From positions 8,866,001 through 8,930,000 of the forward strand of contig CP075493.1 of the NCBI GenBank assembly GCA_021613535.1: DNA of 64,000 bases, in the 5' to 3' direction. The stretch is from Adineta vaga (lineage: Eukaryota > Animalia > Rotifera). Below the pieces are notes generated by a model. It did not search any database. It worked only from the letters and a program-made list of their open reading frames with translations, and was not told where the DNA came from. A program made the position numbers and the translations under genes. Of the stretch, positions 29,547-42,853 are shown piece after piece; positions within the stretch are counted from its first letter, which is position 1; the number at the start of each line of letters is the position of its first letter.

Positions 29547-32500
29547 TTACCATTTCATTAATTCAGGTATATTACGGTAATAATCGAGACAAGTTGGATT
29601 TGATAATGAGCCAGTTGCATGTATTGTTTGACCTTCGATAATACGACGAATCGGTACTTCCACTTTTTTCATATTAATTGTATACTAAAATATAAAAATA
29701 GGATTTGTTTGTGGATTTTTTTTGCGTAAGATAAAATAACATGCATATAGTTTTTAGTGAGCATTTGGAAGTGAGAACAGTGTGAAATTCGTTGTCTGAG
29801 ACTGTTACCTGACGAGTTGACTTATAGTTATAATGTCAATACAGGAAATAGCTTTTAAATTAAGAGGAAATATCATGTAAATTTTTATGTCTGTCTATTA
29901 ACTAAGTAACCGCCAAAGAAAGTCTTTTGTCATTAGTTTTATTCAAATGATTATTTAAATTTTTTTCTAGAGCTGTAACTTTAATCATCGTATTAATCTT
30001 CATATTCTTTAGGGTAGTGCGAAACTCTTAATTTCTTGATCTAATAATCATTATTATCAAAAGTAACTTCCCACGATGACCTAAGGCATTGCCGAATTCA
30101 TCCCATGAAATTTAAATATAATTCTTAACATTTTGATAAATAATTGAAATGATTATATTTACGGGTATTTCAGGTACTTGTACAATCACTTCAGGCACAT
30201 GTCTTGCTGATAATTGTTGTCGTATTGCTATTTTAATTCGATCAACTAATGTTTTTTCCAAATGAATAACATCTGCTGGTAGCTAAAATACAAAAAAATC
30301 ATGTTCATATTAAAAGTTTTCTTTCCTTGCTTTCGTATATATTAATTCATTAGTTGAGTGCAGCTCACACCCTCAGAAATATCCGTTAAGCTAATTGTCT
30401 TCTCCTTTTTAAAAGTCATTTCATGTCGTTTTTACAACTAACATAAATAATAATTAGTGAAGAAAGAAGAAATGTTCACTGGCAATAAATCTTCTACATC
30501 TATTTTCTTTTTGTTTTAGCTAATAGATAGATTCTTTCTTCTCACGAACTACAATCATTTTTAAGATAAGAAAAAATATCCATTTAAACCTATCCACAAA
30601 CGATGGTAATCATGACGTTTCTTAAGCGGTAAGTTTAGTTTCTTTTTCTTTTATTATTATCTTTATTATAAAAGAATGAAAATTAGACTTTTTCAATGGA
30701 AGTAGTCGATTTTCTTTTTAAAAAAAGATAGTGGAAACTTGTTAAGTCATTTCCTTTTTTTTCATACCATGTAAGATTTAATGAAGTGAAAAATAAGTTT
30801 TTATATTAAAAAGATTACTGTCATTTTAAATGAAGAAATATTATGCTTATATTCTTCAGCAATAGATTTTCTACTTCAACATGTCAGTTGGTATTTTTCC
30901 ATTAGAGAAGTTATTTCTTATCGGAAAGCATGAAAACCTCGTTAACTGTGATGTCTATACGTTTCCTAATCGATAGTATTTAGTCTGATATAGAAGTAAC
31001 CAATTATAGTTGATCTTAACACTCAATTGCTTTCCCTTCTTCTATATCCATTGAAAAACATCTTCCTTTTTCTCATATTTTTTTATCAGCCAAGTAGCGA
31101 TAACAAGCATAGTATTGACTAAAATTTTCTATTCGAAAAACCTTTTTCTATCCATTAGTGAAAACAAAGGTAAAGTATCTATTTCATTCAATGACTAATC
31201 TCCATGAAAAAAGTTTTAGGGTTTTCCTTTCTAATTAAATGAGAATAACTGTAGGCATTTATGAGTTCCTTTGCGTATAGTAATGCCATAAAACAAAACA
31301 GATCAATGAACACATTATAATTACTTAGTTTTGAAGTCGAACTATTGTTGGCATCATGTTGTTTTTCTATTTAACATGAAATCGTGCGGAAGCAATGCAA
31401 TCAAGTTTTGAAAAGGCGTGCTTAGTCATGCTTGTTTTTACTTTGATTTAATAGTCTTTAAAGGTTTTTCTTCTTTTTATAATTGCTTTTTCTCCTATTA
31501 ACTAGTCAGTGTAAAAATTCTATCCAAATACTTTTACTTGATTAGCAGAACTACGAATATCATCTTACACTGCTTAATAAGGTATGTAATTGTTGATCGA
31601 ATAGACGTCCCCATAGATTGAGAATAGTGGTTCTAAGTAAAATTTATGTTTCATCTTGATGCTTGAGAAAATCTTTTAGTATTCTAATGAAGAAGTTTTC
31701 TGGCTCATAGAAATATTGTAGAAAAACTATGAATCATCTAGTTGACATCTGTTCCATTAGAGCACAGATGACTAAATCTTTAAAAGATATTTCCAATAAG
31801 AACATTCATTGTACCCAGAGTCTTTTCTTAGCCATCGACGAAAGTTGGAATAACAGCAGAGTAGAAAACATCGAACAAACAGACTTTGTACTTCATTTTT
31901 CCTATCCTACTCGGATGATTGTAAATTCCATAAAATGATGATGATGATGATGATGATGAAATTTGGCAGAAGAAACAAACAGAATAATCAATCATATAAA
32001 AATCAGTTGCATTTCTTTTTTCCTTTTCATTGATAATTAAGTTTCGTCTATATTCTACTCAGTAACAATCAGTTTAGAAAAAATACTATAAAAAACAATA
32101 TAACATGACTAAAGCCCACGCTTCATTTGTTCTTTCTAATTCACAATACTCATCAAAAGAATACATGTATTCACATACATAAAGAAGATGAGATTCATTT
32201 CCTGCGATGTTTCTACTAGATGTTAGTTTCCTCAAGCTAATTGCGACTAAAGTAGGCGATTGTATTCATCGAAAGATTTTCCTTTTTCTTCTATAAATGC
32301 ATGGAGGAAGTTTAAACTAGGTTATTTTCTTCTTCAGAATGAACAATACGTGCATAATTCTCCTATTATTTATTGCGTTTGTTTCATGTGCTTTATCATC
32401 TTATCTTGATATCCCACCACCACCTGAACGACCATTACGTTTTAAAACTAAAGAACAAATTGAAACTTATCTCAAAGCTGTGAAAGATTATTATGACGCA

Positions 32501-35500
32501 TTTAAAATAAAACTTGTTCGTCGAGAAAATTCTCTTGATACTTATTCTCATATGAATCAATTGTCAGCTGATGATAGTAACGGAATGGATGATGATGATG
32601 ATGATGAACAACAACAAACAATTTATTATCTCAATCAATTACCCGCCAATTCATATTTTCGACGACGTTATAAAGTTAGACGTTTAATGAATATTTAAAT
32701 CAAAAGAGGAAAATTTTTGCATGATTCAAAATATACGAAATAAAATCTCATTTGTTCGTTTCAATTCTATCCAGTTCAAACGAAAGAAAAAACAACAACA
32801 TATATCTTTTATATCTAATTGGATTGAGTTAATTTTACATATTCGAATAAAGAATGAATAATCGTCATGTTTTATCTTTTTTTTGCTTTCTCACTCTCTC
32901 TCTCTCCCTCTCCCTCCCTTTCTATATTCTCTCTTCTTTTTTTATTTTACTTACTTTAAGAAAAAGAACAACACGTTCATTACCAGTTGTTGGATTCCGT
33001 TGAGCGACACATAAACTATCGACAATTTCACCATTGAATTGATCGACAATAGAATAAATTTCAGCGGAACCGAAACGAATGCCATTAGGATTCAGTGTAC
33101 CATCACTAAAGAAATCATAACTAGAGTTCGTTCATTCCATCAAAAATCAAACTAATAACCTTCGACCAAGCATTACAATACCACGAGTTACTGGATTGAT
33201 CAAACAGAAATCGGAATGATTCCATAAACCTAGACAAATGAAAGTAGACGAGAAAGTTAATAAAAAAAAACCCGCATGTACGAAGAAAATTAAACCTGGA
33301 TATTTATCGAAATAAGCTCGATGATATTTTTCACCATTCGAATCATTCCAAAAGGAAACTGGCATGGAAGGAAATGGTTTAACACATACAAGTTCACCAC
33401 TTTCGCCTTCTAATTTCGTTCCTTTATTACAGCAAAAAAACATAACAATATTAAAAATCGAAAGAAAGGGAATATCAATACCATCTTCCGCCCAACATTC
33501 AATTGCCATAGCTAAATGTGGAGATTGTATTTCTCCTTGATGAACACTTAATGTTGGATTCACACCGGCAAAACAAGAACTATTCTCATAACAAAAGGAA
33601 ATTTTTTATTGACGAATAGACAAACATTTGTTCTTACATTATATCCGTTCCACCAGTAATTGAACCTAATAATACATCGCTTTTAATTTCCTTGTAAACA
33701 TAATCAAATATTCGACCATGTAATGGCGAACCCGTTGATAAAATAGTATGTACTGTATTAAGTTTATTATGTGTACGAGGAGATACATTCTGTTCTTCCA
33801 AGGCTGCTAAATAACGTGCACTACAACCGAATATTGTTATTCTATATTGAAAACATCATAGAAATAGTATCGATTTAGTTCATATGAAGAATTCTACCCA
33901 ATTTCATCTGCTAAATCCCAAAGTCGATAACAATCCGGCACAATTGGTGATCCATCATACAGAACAATCGGTGTACCCAAGGCAATCGATGAGATTAACT
34001 AAATAAAACGCCATGTAATTACGTATTTATTTATCAACAAAAAAAAGTCTTCCGTTACCCAATTCCACATCATCCATGAAACCGCTAAATATCGGCAAAT
34101 TCGTTATTGAATAGTTAGATAGGAACAAAATAAATAGGATATTTTTGTTTACCTGTAAAATAAAATAAAATATCTCCATCTTTCATATTGCTTTGTAATC
34201 GATGTTCTTTCAAATGATTCAATAATGTTCCACCATGTCCATGAACAATACATTTCGGTGCACCGGTTGTACCAGATGAATACATGTGAACACATCAAAA
34301 AAGACAAATGATAAAGATTCGAAATATAAGATAAAAGAATACTTATAATAAATAAGGGATGATTGAATGGTACTTGTTCAAATTCTAATGGTATATTTGC
34401 ATCACCAGGCATCGAAAGAAAATCATCAACTGTAATACTAAAATTTAGATTGATGAAAACAAAATGAATGTTAAACCTATTGAAAATAAAACCTGTTCGG
34501 GATTGCACTGAGATCCATTGAATAATCAGGTAGAAATGGGATAACAACAACAAATCGTAATGATGGTAATGCTATAGGAAAAATAATATCAAAATGATTT
34601 ATTTCAATTTACAATGACAAGTAAGAATCCTACCAAGTACACTATCTTTAAGTTTGGTCAATGAATCATGTGTTTTTCGATTGTAAACAACAGCATTGCA
34701 GCCAAAGATAACTTTGGGTTCAATCTGACTGAAGCGTTCCGTTACACCCTACCAATTACGAATAGATCAATTATGAAAATATGAAAACAAAAACTTGTAT
34801 TTACAAGGACACCAAAATCTGCTGATGCAGAACTAAATATGGCACCGAGACTAGCCGTTGCCAGACAAATAATGAATGCTTCAGGACAATTTGGAAGATA
34901 AACTAAGATAATTTAGAATAGAATTTGTATCAATAGATGACCTTCGAATGTTTACCTGCGACACGATCACCAACTGTAACACCAATATGTTGCAATGCAG
35001 CACGATAACGACGAACTTGTTCATTCAATTGTGCAAATGTCAATCTTTTAATCGATGAATCTCCTTCACCTATAAAATTAAAATCACATTTTTCAAATAA
35101 TCTAATCAATTTTGTTTTGATCAGATAGATGAATCAACTTTATATGAGAATCCTTATTACAAATTATAAGCTGATCAATAGAATTCAAGATATTGTATAG
35201 AGAACAGAGACATGTTACCTTATATCTAACGATAGAATCAGTTTTAAAAAGCTGAAAGAATTTCTACTTTGATCTTACGATAAACAGAACTAACGTTAAC
35301 TTACTGCACGAATAAATAGCAACTCGATCATCTTTGAAACGAAGAAGATTTTCAGCATAATTCAAACGTGCACCCACAAACCAACGAGGAATTTCATTCA
35401 TTTTCTTATCTTCTTCTAAGACCTAGATAGATTATATATATAGAGATTAGTTTTCAATATACATTCAGAAATAATTTAATATAAATAGAACATACTTGTT

Positions 35501-35756
35501 CAAATGGTACAGAATGAATAATATCACTATAAATCCAAAATGTTTCCCAGAATTTTGAGATATTTTTTATTGACCATTCGTATAAATCCCAATAGGACTC
35601 TAAATTGATGAAACGCTAGCTAATCATATTCTGAGATGAACAGAAGAAAAAACGTTTTGTACCTAGTTTTACTTGATATTTATTCATAATAATCTCCCTA
35701 AACTCATCAATATTCGTTGGAATACCCGAAGGCGGCGACCAAAGTTTATGCGACAT
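29547..35756 (-). CDS. AACS: Acetoacetyl-CoA synthetase (multi-exon)
   Basis: MSHKLWSPP start, [96 protein letters not shown] and [11 protein letters not shown]. Stop at 29547-29549. Confidence 0.93.
31935..31958. repeat. (ATG)8 microsatellite
   Basis: atgatgatgatgatgatgatgatg read directly from the sequence. Confidence 0.9.
32339..32698 (+). CDS. Neuropeptide Y/F-like precursor (divergent), nested antisense in AACS intron 30283-32954
   Basis: Signal peptide [20 protein letters not shown], then PP-fold-like [27 protein letters not shown], dibasic RR and an acidic C-peptide. Acceptor TTCAG lies immediately before the ATG. Confidence 0.8.
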   Translation: MNNTCIILLLFIAFVSCALSSYLDIPPPPERPLRFKTKEQIETYLKAVKDYYDAFKIKLVRRENSLDTYSHMNQLSADDSNGMDDDDDDEQQQTIYYLNQLPANSYFRRRYKVRRLMNI

Positions 35757-35917
35757 CTAAATCAAGAAAACAGTAAGCATTAGCTTGTTAACATGTTTTA
35801 CTCTCTGAATTTTTATGAAAAAACATAAGGCAAGACACATAAACGTATAAATATAGACAAAAAGCACAAGTACATTAATAATAGCATATAGAAAGAGTAC
35901 AAGTTGAGTCAAGTATG

Positions 35918-36604
35918 TTATTTGTTCTTCTTTTCTTTTTTATTATCACGCGTTGCTTCTTGGTTATCTTCATTATCGTCACTTTGTGATTCATGATCAT
36001 CCGATTCTTGTTCGACCTCTGCTTCTTCTTCTTCTTCTTCGACTTTGACTGGTTTTTTGTGTGCACTCAAACGCTTTTCTCGTTGAGTTACTTGTCGATA
36101 GATAATCAAACGTGTTAATAATAACAGACTAAAGACAAGACCAGGTGCAATACGTTCAAATTTATCATTTAATGCATAATGAGAATAAACAGCACCTAAC
36201 ATAACTGCTAAGAGAACGACGTTTGCCACTTGTTTAAGCCGACCTATTAAAGAAAAAATCATAATAAACCAATAAAAGAATGTCTCAGATTTCATAGAAG
36301 AATTACCTGGTACAAAAGCTAGAATAGCTCCACCAATAAATTCAACGAAACCAACTGCTAAACGATAATTTCTTGCGAATGGACGCCAATATGTAAATTC
36401 ATACAATGGAAATACTTTATTGAGTCGACCAAATTCTCTTCTCTAAACAAAGAAAAAGAAGAAGATAATCGAATTGATGTTTACTATATTTACCATATCT
36501 TCATGTACATCAGGAAAAAATTTTGGTGTAACTTTAAAATGTCCCACGAACATGAAAAACATTCCAAGAGTTAATGTTAATACAGTTAAAGCTATGGAAC
36601 CCAT
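35918..36604 (-). CDS. TMEM35A: TMEM35/NACHO (novel acetylcholine receptor chaperone, DoxX-like), 3 exons
   Basis: MGSIALTVLTLTLGMFFMFVGHFKVTP...REFGRLNKVFPL...YRLAVGFVE...GAVYSHYALND...GLVFSLLL. Acidic tail ending in KKNK (ER-retrieval-like). Confidence 0.85.
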
Positions 36605-36675
36605 GATCTAGAAAAAAAGCAAAAGACAAAGTTCAAAAATTTTATTATTCCTGAAAAGAAAAAACAATTGAAATG
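36605..36675 (-). promoter_or_regulatory. Compact intergenic element: AATAAA, U-rich tract and unpaired 3' splice acceptor (candidate trans-splice site)
   Basis: Minus strand reads TAA...GAATAATAAAATTTTTGAACTTTGTCTTTTGCTTTTTTTCTAG ATC ATG. AATAAA at 36641-36646, AG at 36608-36609. Confidence 0.6.
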
Positions 36676-39055
36676 TTAAATATCAACAAAATTCGATGAA
36701 ATTGCTGTACAAATTTCAGTATCAAAATCATAATCAACTGTAGCGGATGAAGCATCTGACGTGGTACGTTCACGATTAATTAATGGCAATTCAATACATG
36801 GATTTATATCTGATTTATTATTGATCAGTAATAGATTAGGTATATCTTCGGATTTAACCCGTTCGGAAGAGAGTATCTGACTTGATGGAAGTTGATTGTC
36901 TTCAAGTTTAGGTTGAATTTGTGGATCACATTCGAATTTGAGTTTTTTATCTTGTATTTTTCGATTTTCTAATGATATGGCTAAGATGTAGAGAAAAAAT
37001 TTCAAAAACTGTCTGAATTGATTAATATACAAAACTTACATCTTATCGTTTGTTTACAATCATTTGTAGTGATTTTTCTACTAGAATCTTTTAATGAGTT
37101 CACTCGTTGTAAAAGTAATTTTTCTCCTTCATCATCGATATCTAAATCTAAATCGTCCTGTTCATCTTGTCTTTGACTTTGTTCTTTCATAAATTTCTTC
37201 TTTCGTTTTCTATCAGCTTTTGTTTGAAATGATTCATAACGATGTTTGATTTGTTGTTGATGATTAATAGGTTTTCGTTGAATTTTTTCATTCAATTTCA
37301 TTGTTGTTACCATTGTTGATTTCTTTGAATCTTGAATATAATGATCAACAATTTGAAAAAGACGTTTCGGAGTTAATTGAGATGTAAATGGAGCTGCTAT
37401 AGGTGTGACACGTTTTGGTTTCAATGTTTTTAAAACATCAGCTATTTCCGAAAAGGATGAATGAAGAGAATAACATAAACGGTAACTTGAATATTTATCA
37501 GTATAAGAAACATCAACACCTTCACCGCCATAATCTTGAAAACCAATAAAATAACGTTTATTAGATGTTGAAACACTTTGTTCAAAATTCGAATGATATT
37601 TATGATATTCAACTAATAATTCACCTGATTAACAACAATAAAAAGAAACAATATTTATCGAAGAAGATTTATTTCAATCATACCAGCAGCAATCTGATCT
37701 GTAAACCACATAATTGATAAAAGTACACGTATTGGTTTATCACAATTACGAAAAAATGAACATGGTTGAGCAAAATTGGATGCTGATGTACGACAAGCAT
37801 GTAAACGTGTTGTATTTGGATCAGTAGTTAAACATTCTTGAATAATAGGTATGCAGGAATAAAAATCATATTGACTTTGTTCAACATGTATACGCATGCC
37901 GAGACCATCGTATAAAGCACGATAGATTTGTTCATAGCCAACACGAGCACTAGAAAATGAAATAAAATATCATTCATGGCAGATTTTTATTATTTGCTCG
38001 ATGAGCTAGATCACACTGTTCAAATATATTTATGATAGTACTAATCAATCGCAACCATTTTCCGATGTTACAAACTAGATGAAATCGAGCTTATCAAACT
38101 GAAGCGTCTGATAATAGAATTACCATTCTAAAACTTGTATATGACAGGGGAAGGTCAACCTCACTCATACTCTATTTAACGGAAAGTACCATAAAATCAA
38201 TAGATATTATGTCTTTAAAAATAAAATGAATAAAAATGAATCATACTGTTCATATCAATATCTTAACAACACAGCGTATGAAATACTGTACCTTGTTTTG
38301 AAGTAAATATTAGCTGTATTTGATTTATCAGCAACTAAACTTTTAATCCATAGAATGAGCGCTTCACAACTAACTTCACGTGTTGGTATATGTAAAATAT
38401 CTGGTCGAAAAAAAGTCATATCAATATACAGATTCTCAATTGGTTTAAATATATGTGTTTCATCTTTGCCATCATCAGTTCGTCGTCGATGTAAATGTGT
38501 TATACGTTTTGTTTGTCCACGATAAAGTCGAAAATCGCCAGTAAATAATACATTTCCATGTTCACCTTCGATCCAAACCATCATGGAACCAGGACAATGT
38601 CCTGAACCAAAGCACGTTACCAAAATCGGTTCACCAACATTAGGTGCATGTGAAGATAATGTACTTTTCATACTATCACTATCTAAAATATGAATAATCT
38701 CTTAATCATTCGATGATTGTCCATATTTACCTGCGCCTTCTTTCTTCTTTGCTTGTATAGGATCATTGGATTGAATTGTTAATGCGAATGGTTGATCGAG
38801 TGGAACTGTTTTAAAATACGGAATTAAATGTCGATATGGTGCCATTGTACTTAGTAACTGTTTAGAAATGTCTGACATATAGATTGGTGCATTAATTTTG
38901 GCAACATATTTACCAAATTCTGGTCGTTCAAGACCAACAAGATGATCCATATGAATATGTGTAATAAAAAACATTGTACTCGTATAATTATGTGTTTCAA
39001 ATGAATCGATGGATATAAGAGGATACTCCTCCAATATACCATGATACGTACACAT
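36676..39055 (-). CDS. DCLRE1C: Artemis / DNA cross-link repair 1C (metallo-beta-lactamase/beta-CASP nuclease)
   Basis: N-terminus MCTYHGILEEYPLISIDSF, THIHMDHLVGL, GHCPGSMM, LFTGDFR, LYIDMTF, TRLHACR, SIMWF and YSLHSSFSEI. The exact terminal exon is uncertain. Confidence 0.88.
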
Positions 39056-39099
39056 ACTGGAAAATCTATAAAAAAAAGAATTATTTCTATTTGCTCTGG

Positions 39100-39250
39100 G
39101 TACATAATAAAATCATTGGAGATTGTAGTGATAACTCTGTGAGAGCCACGTAGAAAGGGTGTGTCAGAGAGAGATAGAGTAGTCATTCTTGTATGAAACA
39201 AAGAACTGATTGTGTGATTTGAAAATTGAATTGACCAATCAATCAGTCAT
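39100..39250. promoter_or_regulatory. CCAAT-box-containing putative promoter upstream of Artemis
   Basis: GACCAATCA near 39233-39241 and ATTGG near 39115, just downstream (on the minus strand) of the TMEM8 poly(A)-signal cluster. Confidence 0.3.
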
Positions 39251-39474
39251 TTTTGTAACTATAAGTTTGTGATTATGTTTTATTTATTATTATTATTCAT
39301 TTATTATTATTATTATTCACAAAAAAAGAAACCTTAGTTTTGTTAGAGAAAAAATGTTTCACAAAGTAGCGACATCTGAAGGCATGAAAATATAGGATAG
39401 ATGTGTTGAAAAGAGTTTTGCACCAAAAATATTGATAATAAAAGAACACATAATTAGTATCTTATCAGATCACA

Positions 39475-42400
39475 TTAAGCAATAGATATAGTCGTATCAA
39501 ATTGATTGTTTGACTCGGTAGTTGGTAATGCTGCACCATCGTTCACCACACCAACTGATCGATTAGATGTTGTATTTGAATTTAATTCAATAGATGATTT
39601 TCGTCCTATATTTTGTCCTAAAGCAACAACAAACGTATAATTCTTTCATTATCCTTCAAGTACATGAAGATACTCCTTCGAATATAATCAATACTCCTGT
39701 AGATATTTTTCATTTACTTTTCTTCTGTGGTAAGAAAAATAGAATTGAAATTGCCATAAACATATGCCATAAACTATGTATATACCAATAAGTGTCATCT
39801 GTTTCAAAGAATGCAAATAAAACAATTCCTGTAATTGAAAATGCCAATCCCAATAAAATGCATAGTAGACGTTTTCTCGTCAATTGTACACGACGTTTTT
39901 TAATCGAAATAACAATCTAAAAAAAATTTTGATTTTCTTTTCTTATCTTATTCACATCATTCGTAACATACCCATGTCACAAGAGTAAAACCAAATGTAA
40001 TCGCTATTAAAGCAATAAATTGTAAATTGTCAAAACGATCACGAGAATTAATCACAACACATGTTAAAACACCTAACATAAATAAAAAGACTTTTATTGA
40101 TCGTGGAATAATTGACATTGTAATTAATGTAATCACAAATGATGCATATGAACCAATAAAATCTGATAATTGTAACCCATCATATTTAAAAATACAAAAT
40201 CGTCGTATTTCTTGATCACATGCATGATAAAACTATACAAAATCATTGAGTTTTTTAAAGAAAATTTCTCCGTATTCAAAGGAAAAAACTTACAGTCGAA
40301 AAAAACATATTGAAAAAATAGACCAATGCTTCAATATATAAACGATTATAAAGTGCAAAAATCACTGCAGGAATAAACATTAAATTACTCAATGTTAAAA
40401 ATAATACACTTGGTAAATATCGTGATACATCTGAATATGTACTATCCGTACATCCATAACCACGATAACCTAAAAGAAAATTGAATACATTCAGATATTA
40501 AATAAAGAATTAAAGAAATTTTTCGTTTAAAATTTTTACTCACCAGCAACACATGTACAAGTAGAAAATATATTCTGTTGTGATGTCATTATTCGACAAA
40601 TTCCATAAATTCCACATTTTTGTCGAGTACACTGTGACGATAAGATTTGAAAGTTAATTACCATGGTTGTATTATCACATTCAGTTGTCGAACTAAATGT
40701 AAAGAATGTATTTAGATAAACAATTCGTATTTATCTTACTCATTACAACTATATTCTAATGTTAAATACCAAAGAGCCATTTCAGGATAAGGTAATGATC
40801 TGACTGTTAAAGAATTTGGTTTCAGTATGAGTTTATAATCCATTTCACAAGAATGATATCGTCGTGGTTGATTTTTGGATAAACAAACCAGAATGTTAAC
40901 ACTAGCATTCAATGAATTGAGCGACTAAAATAAGAAAAAGATTTATACAAATAATAAATGTTTCAAATTTACTTTTAGTTCTGTCTCAAAATCGAAATGA
41001 ATTGTTCCACCGATATTTTTTTCATCAACAATGAATTCATATGAATAGATAGAAACATTATTTCGATTGAATACTATTGAATGAGTACTACTATTTGTAT
41101 GTAAGGGTACATAGACGAAATCATAGTAATAATTATACATAATTCGCCGTGTTGGATAGGATTGAATACAATTAATTTCATCTGAACATAATGAACATTC
41201 TAGAAGAAGTGATTTTGAAATCAATAAATTACCTATTGAACGAATAAGCATATCACCGAAGAGAGGAGTATTTAAACATGTCGAATTATCTACTGTTATT
41301 CGAAAATAAATCCAAAGAAATGTAGCTAATTGATCGATTTCTATTGAACATAAACCATTCTTACAAACTACAAGAAAATACATTATTTCATAAAAAATAA
41401 AATTCTTTCACAAATACAAACTTGTTCGATAATCATATTGAAATGAATTCGGTAATCCATTGATACGAGCGAGAATGATAATATCACAGTTAGACGACCA
41501 ATTCGATAAAACTAATAATCGAGAATTACTTGTTGATGTATAATATCTAAATAAAAAGAATATTTATTACATATGAATGTCAATAAAAAATGGCGAGAGC
41601 TTGTGTATGATTGCTAATCTTAACGATCTTAGTCTGGCAATGTGTAATGAAATCAGGAGGTTATTCATGCAAGAAAAGAGCACAAGATGTGAAATATTTA
41701 CGATGTATAGACAAATGTTGTATTATTAGATAAAATAATTGACAACGGACGATCGATAGTTAGCGTTAGTAAAACTGGTATTGCTTGATAGTCAAGCCAG
41801 GTTGTTAGATAAATGTTACAGTTACTGGTAGATATCTGAATATTGTATAGTCCAAGAGAAAAAGAAATAGTCATCTATACTTGATTGACATACCTTAGAT
41901 TTCGTATTGATAGATGGACGTTCAACGAATATCTAAAAAGAATCATTTTGTAGAATAGAAATGTTTGTATTAAGTTTCGTTTTTACCATAGCAAACCATG
42001 TTCCACTCAATGGATTATCTAATTGAACTGTTCCATTCGAAATTGTTCGATTGAATGTTGTTAACATCAAATCATGACGTGAAGATATATATGTTTCAGG
42101 AAAAGATTCATTACGTGGAGCAATCAATGGATAAGCACCATACTGAAGATTACTGTTTGTAAAGAAATCAAGATTATTTTTATAGAAAGAAATTCATTCT
42201 CTCATACAAATGAATTGTGGGAAAATAATTGTTACATTGCCCATCAGTATTGAGTGTGATTGACCAATTAGCTAAAGTTGTCGGCGCATAGATATTAAAT
42301 TTAAGAAATTTTACATCTGAATAATCAGTGTATTCAAAAATACGAATTTGAGAATAATATTGTCCAACATCATATCCTTAATAAACCAAGAAAAATTGTT

Positions 42401-42513
42401 AAATCATATTTATCTTTTCAGAATTCAAACTATCGAATGCACTACTTACCAAATGAAAACTGATTTGTTGTTAAACCGTAATGTATACAAAGAACAAATA
42501 TTAAGATAATCAT
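39475..42513 (-). CDS. TMEM8: TMEM8/PGAP6-like EGF + 7TM (CREST superfamily) protein
   Basis: Signal-like N-terminus, YPEMALWYL, EGF-like CTRQKCGIYGIC...CTCVAGYRGYGC, LTLSNLMFIPA, YHACD, LQLSDF and YWYIHSLWHM. Confidence 0.85.
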
Positions 42514-42853
42514 TATCAATACAAATCATACTAATCACCATTCATTCTCATGTATTATTTTATCTAAAATATTAATTATAGAATAAAAAAAAAAGGAATC
42601 AGACAAGATTGTTAACTTGCTGCTTTTCTTTCTCTTTCTCTCTTTCTTTCTCGTTACATAAATTGCTATCTTTCTTTAGAAAAAAAAAATTCACAGTACT
42701 AGCAAGTAAAACATTTGTTTTGCAATGAAAAAAGAATAAAGAAAAGAAAACGGTTTCTATTAAATAATAAATAAAAAAACGAACCCAAAGAAAAAGAAAA
42801 ACAAATAGATGATTTGAATAATTAATATTTTTTTTCTTGTTACTTTCTTTCCT

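Noticed and set aside
34085-34152. ATATCCT and TTCCTATCTAAC (U12-like signals) inside an AACS intron
   Set aside because: A canonical GT-AG pair already restores [12 protein letters not shown], so the motifs are probably chance.
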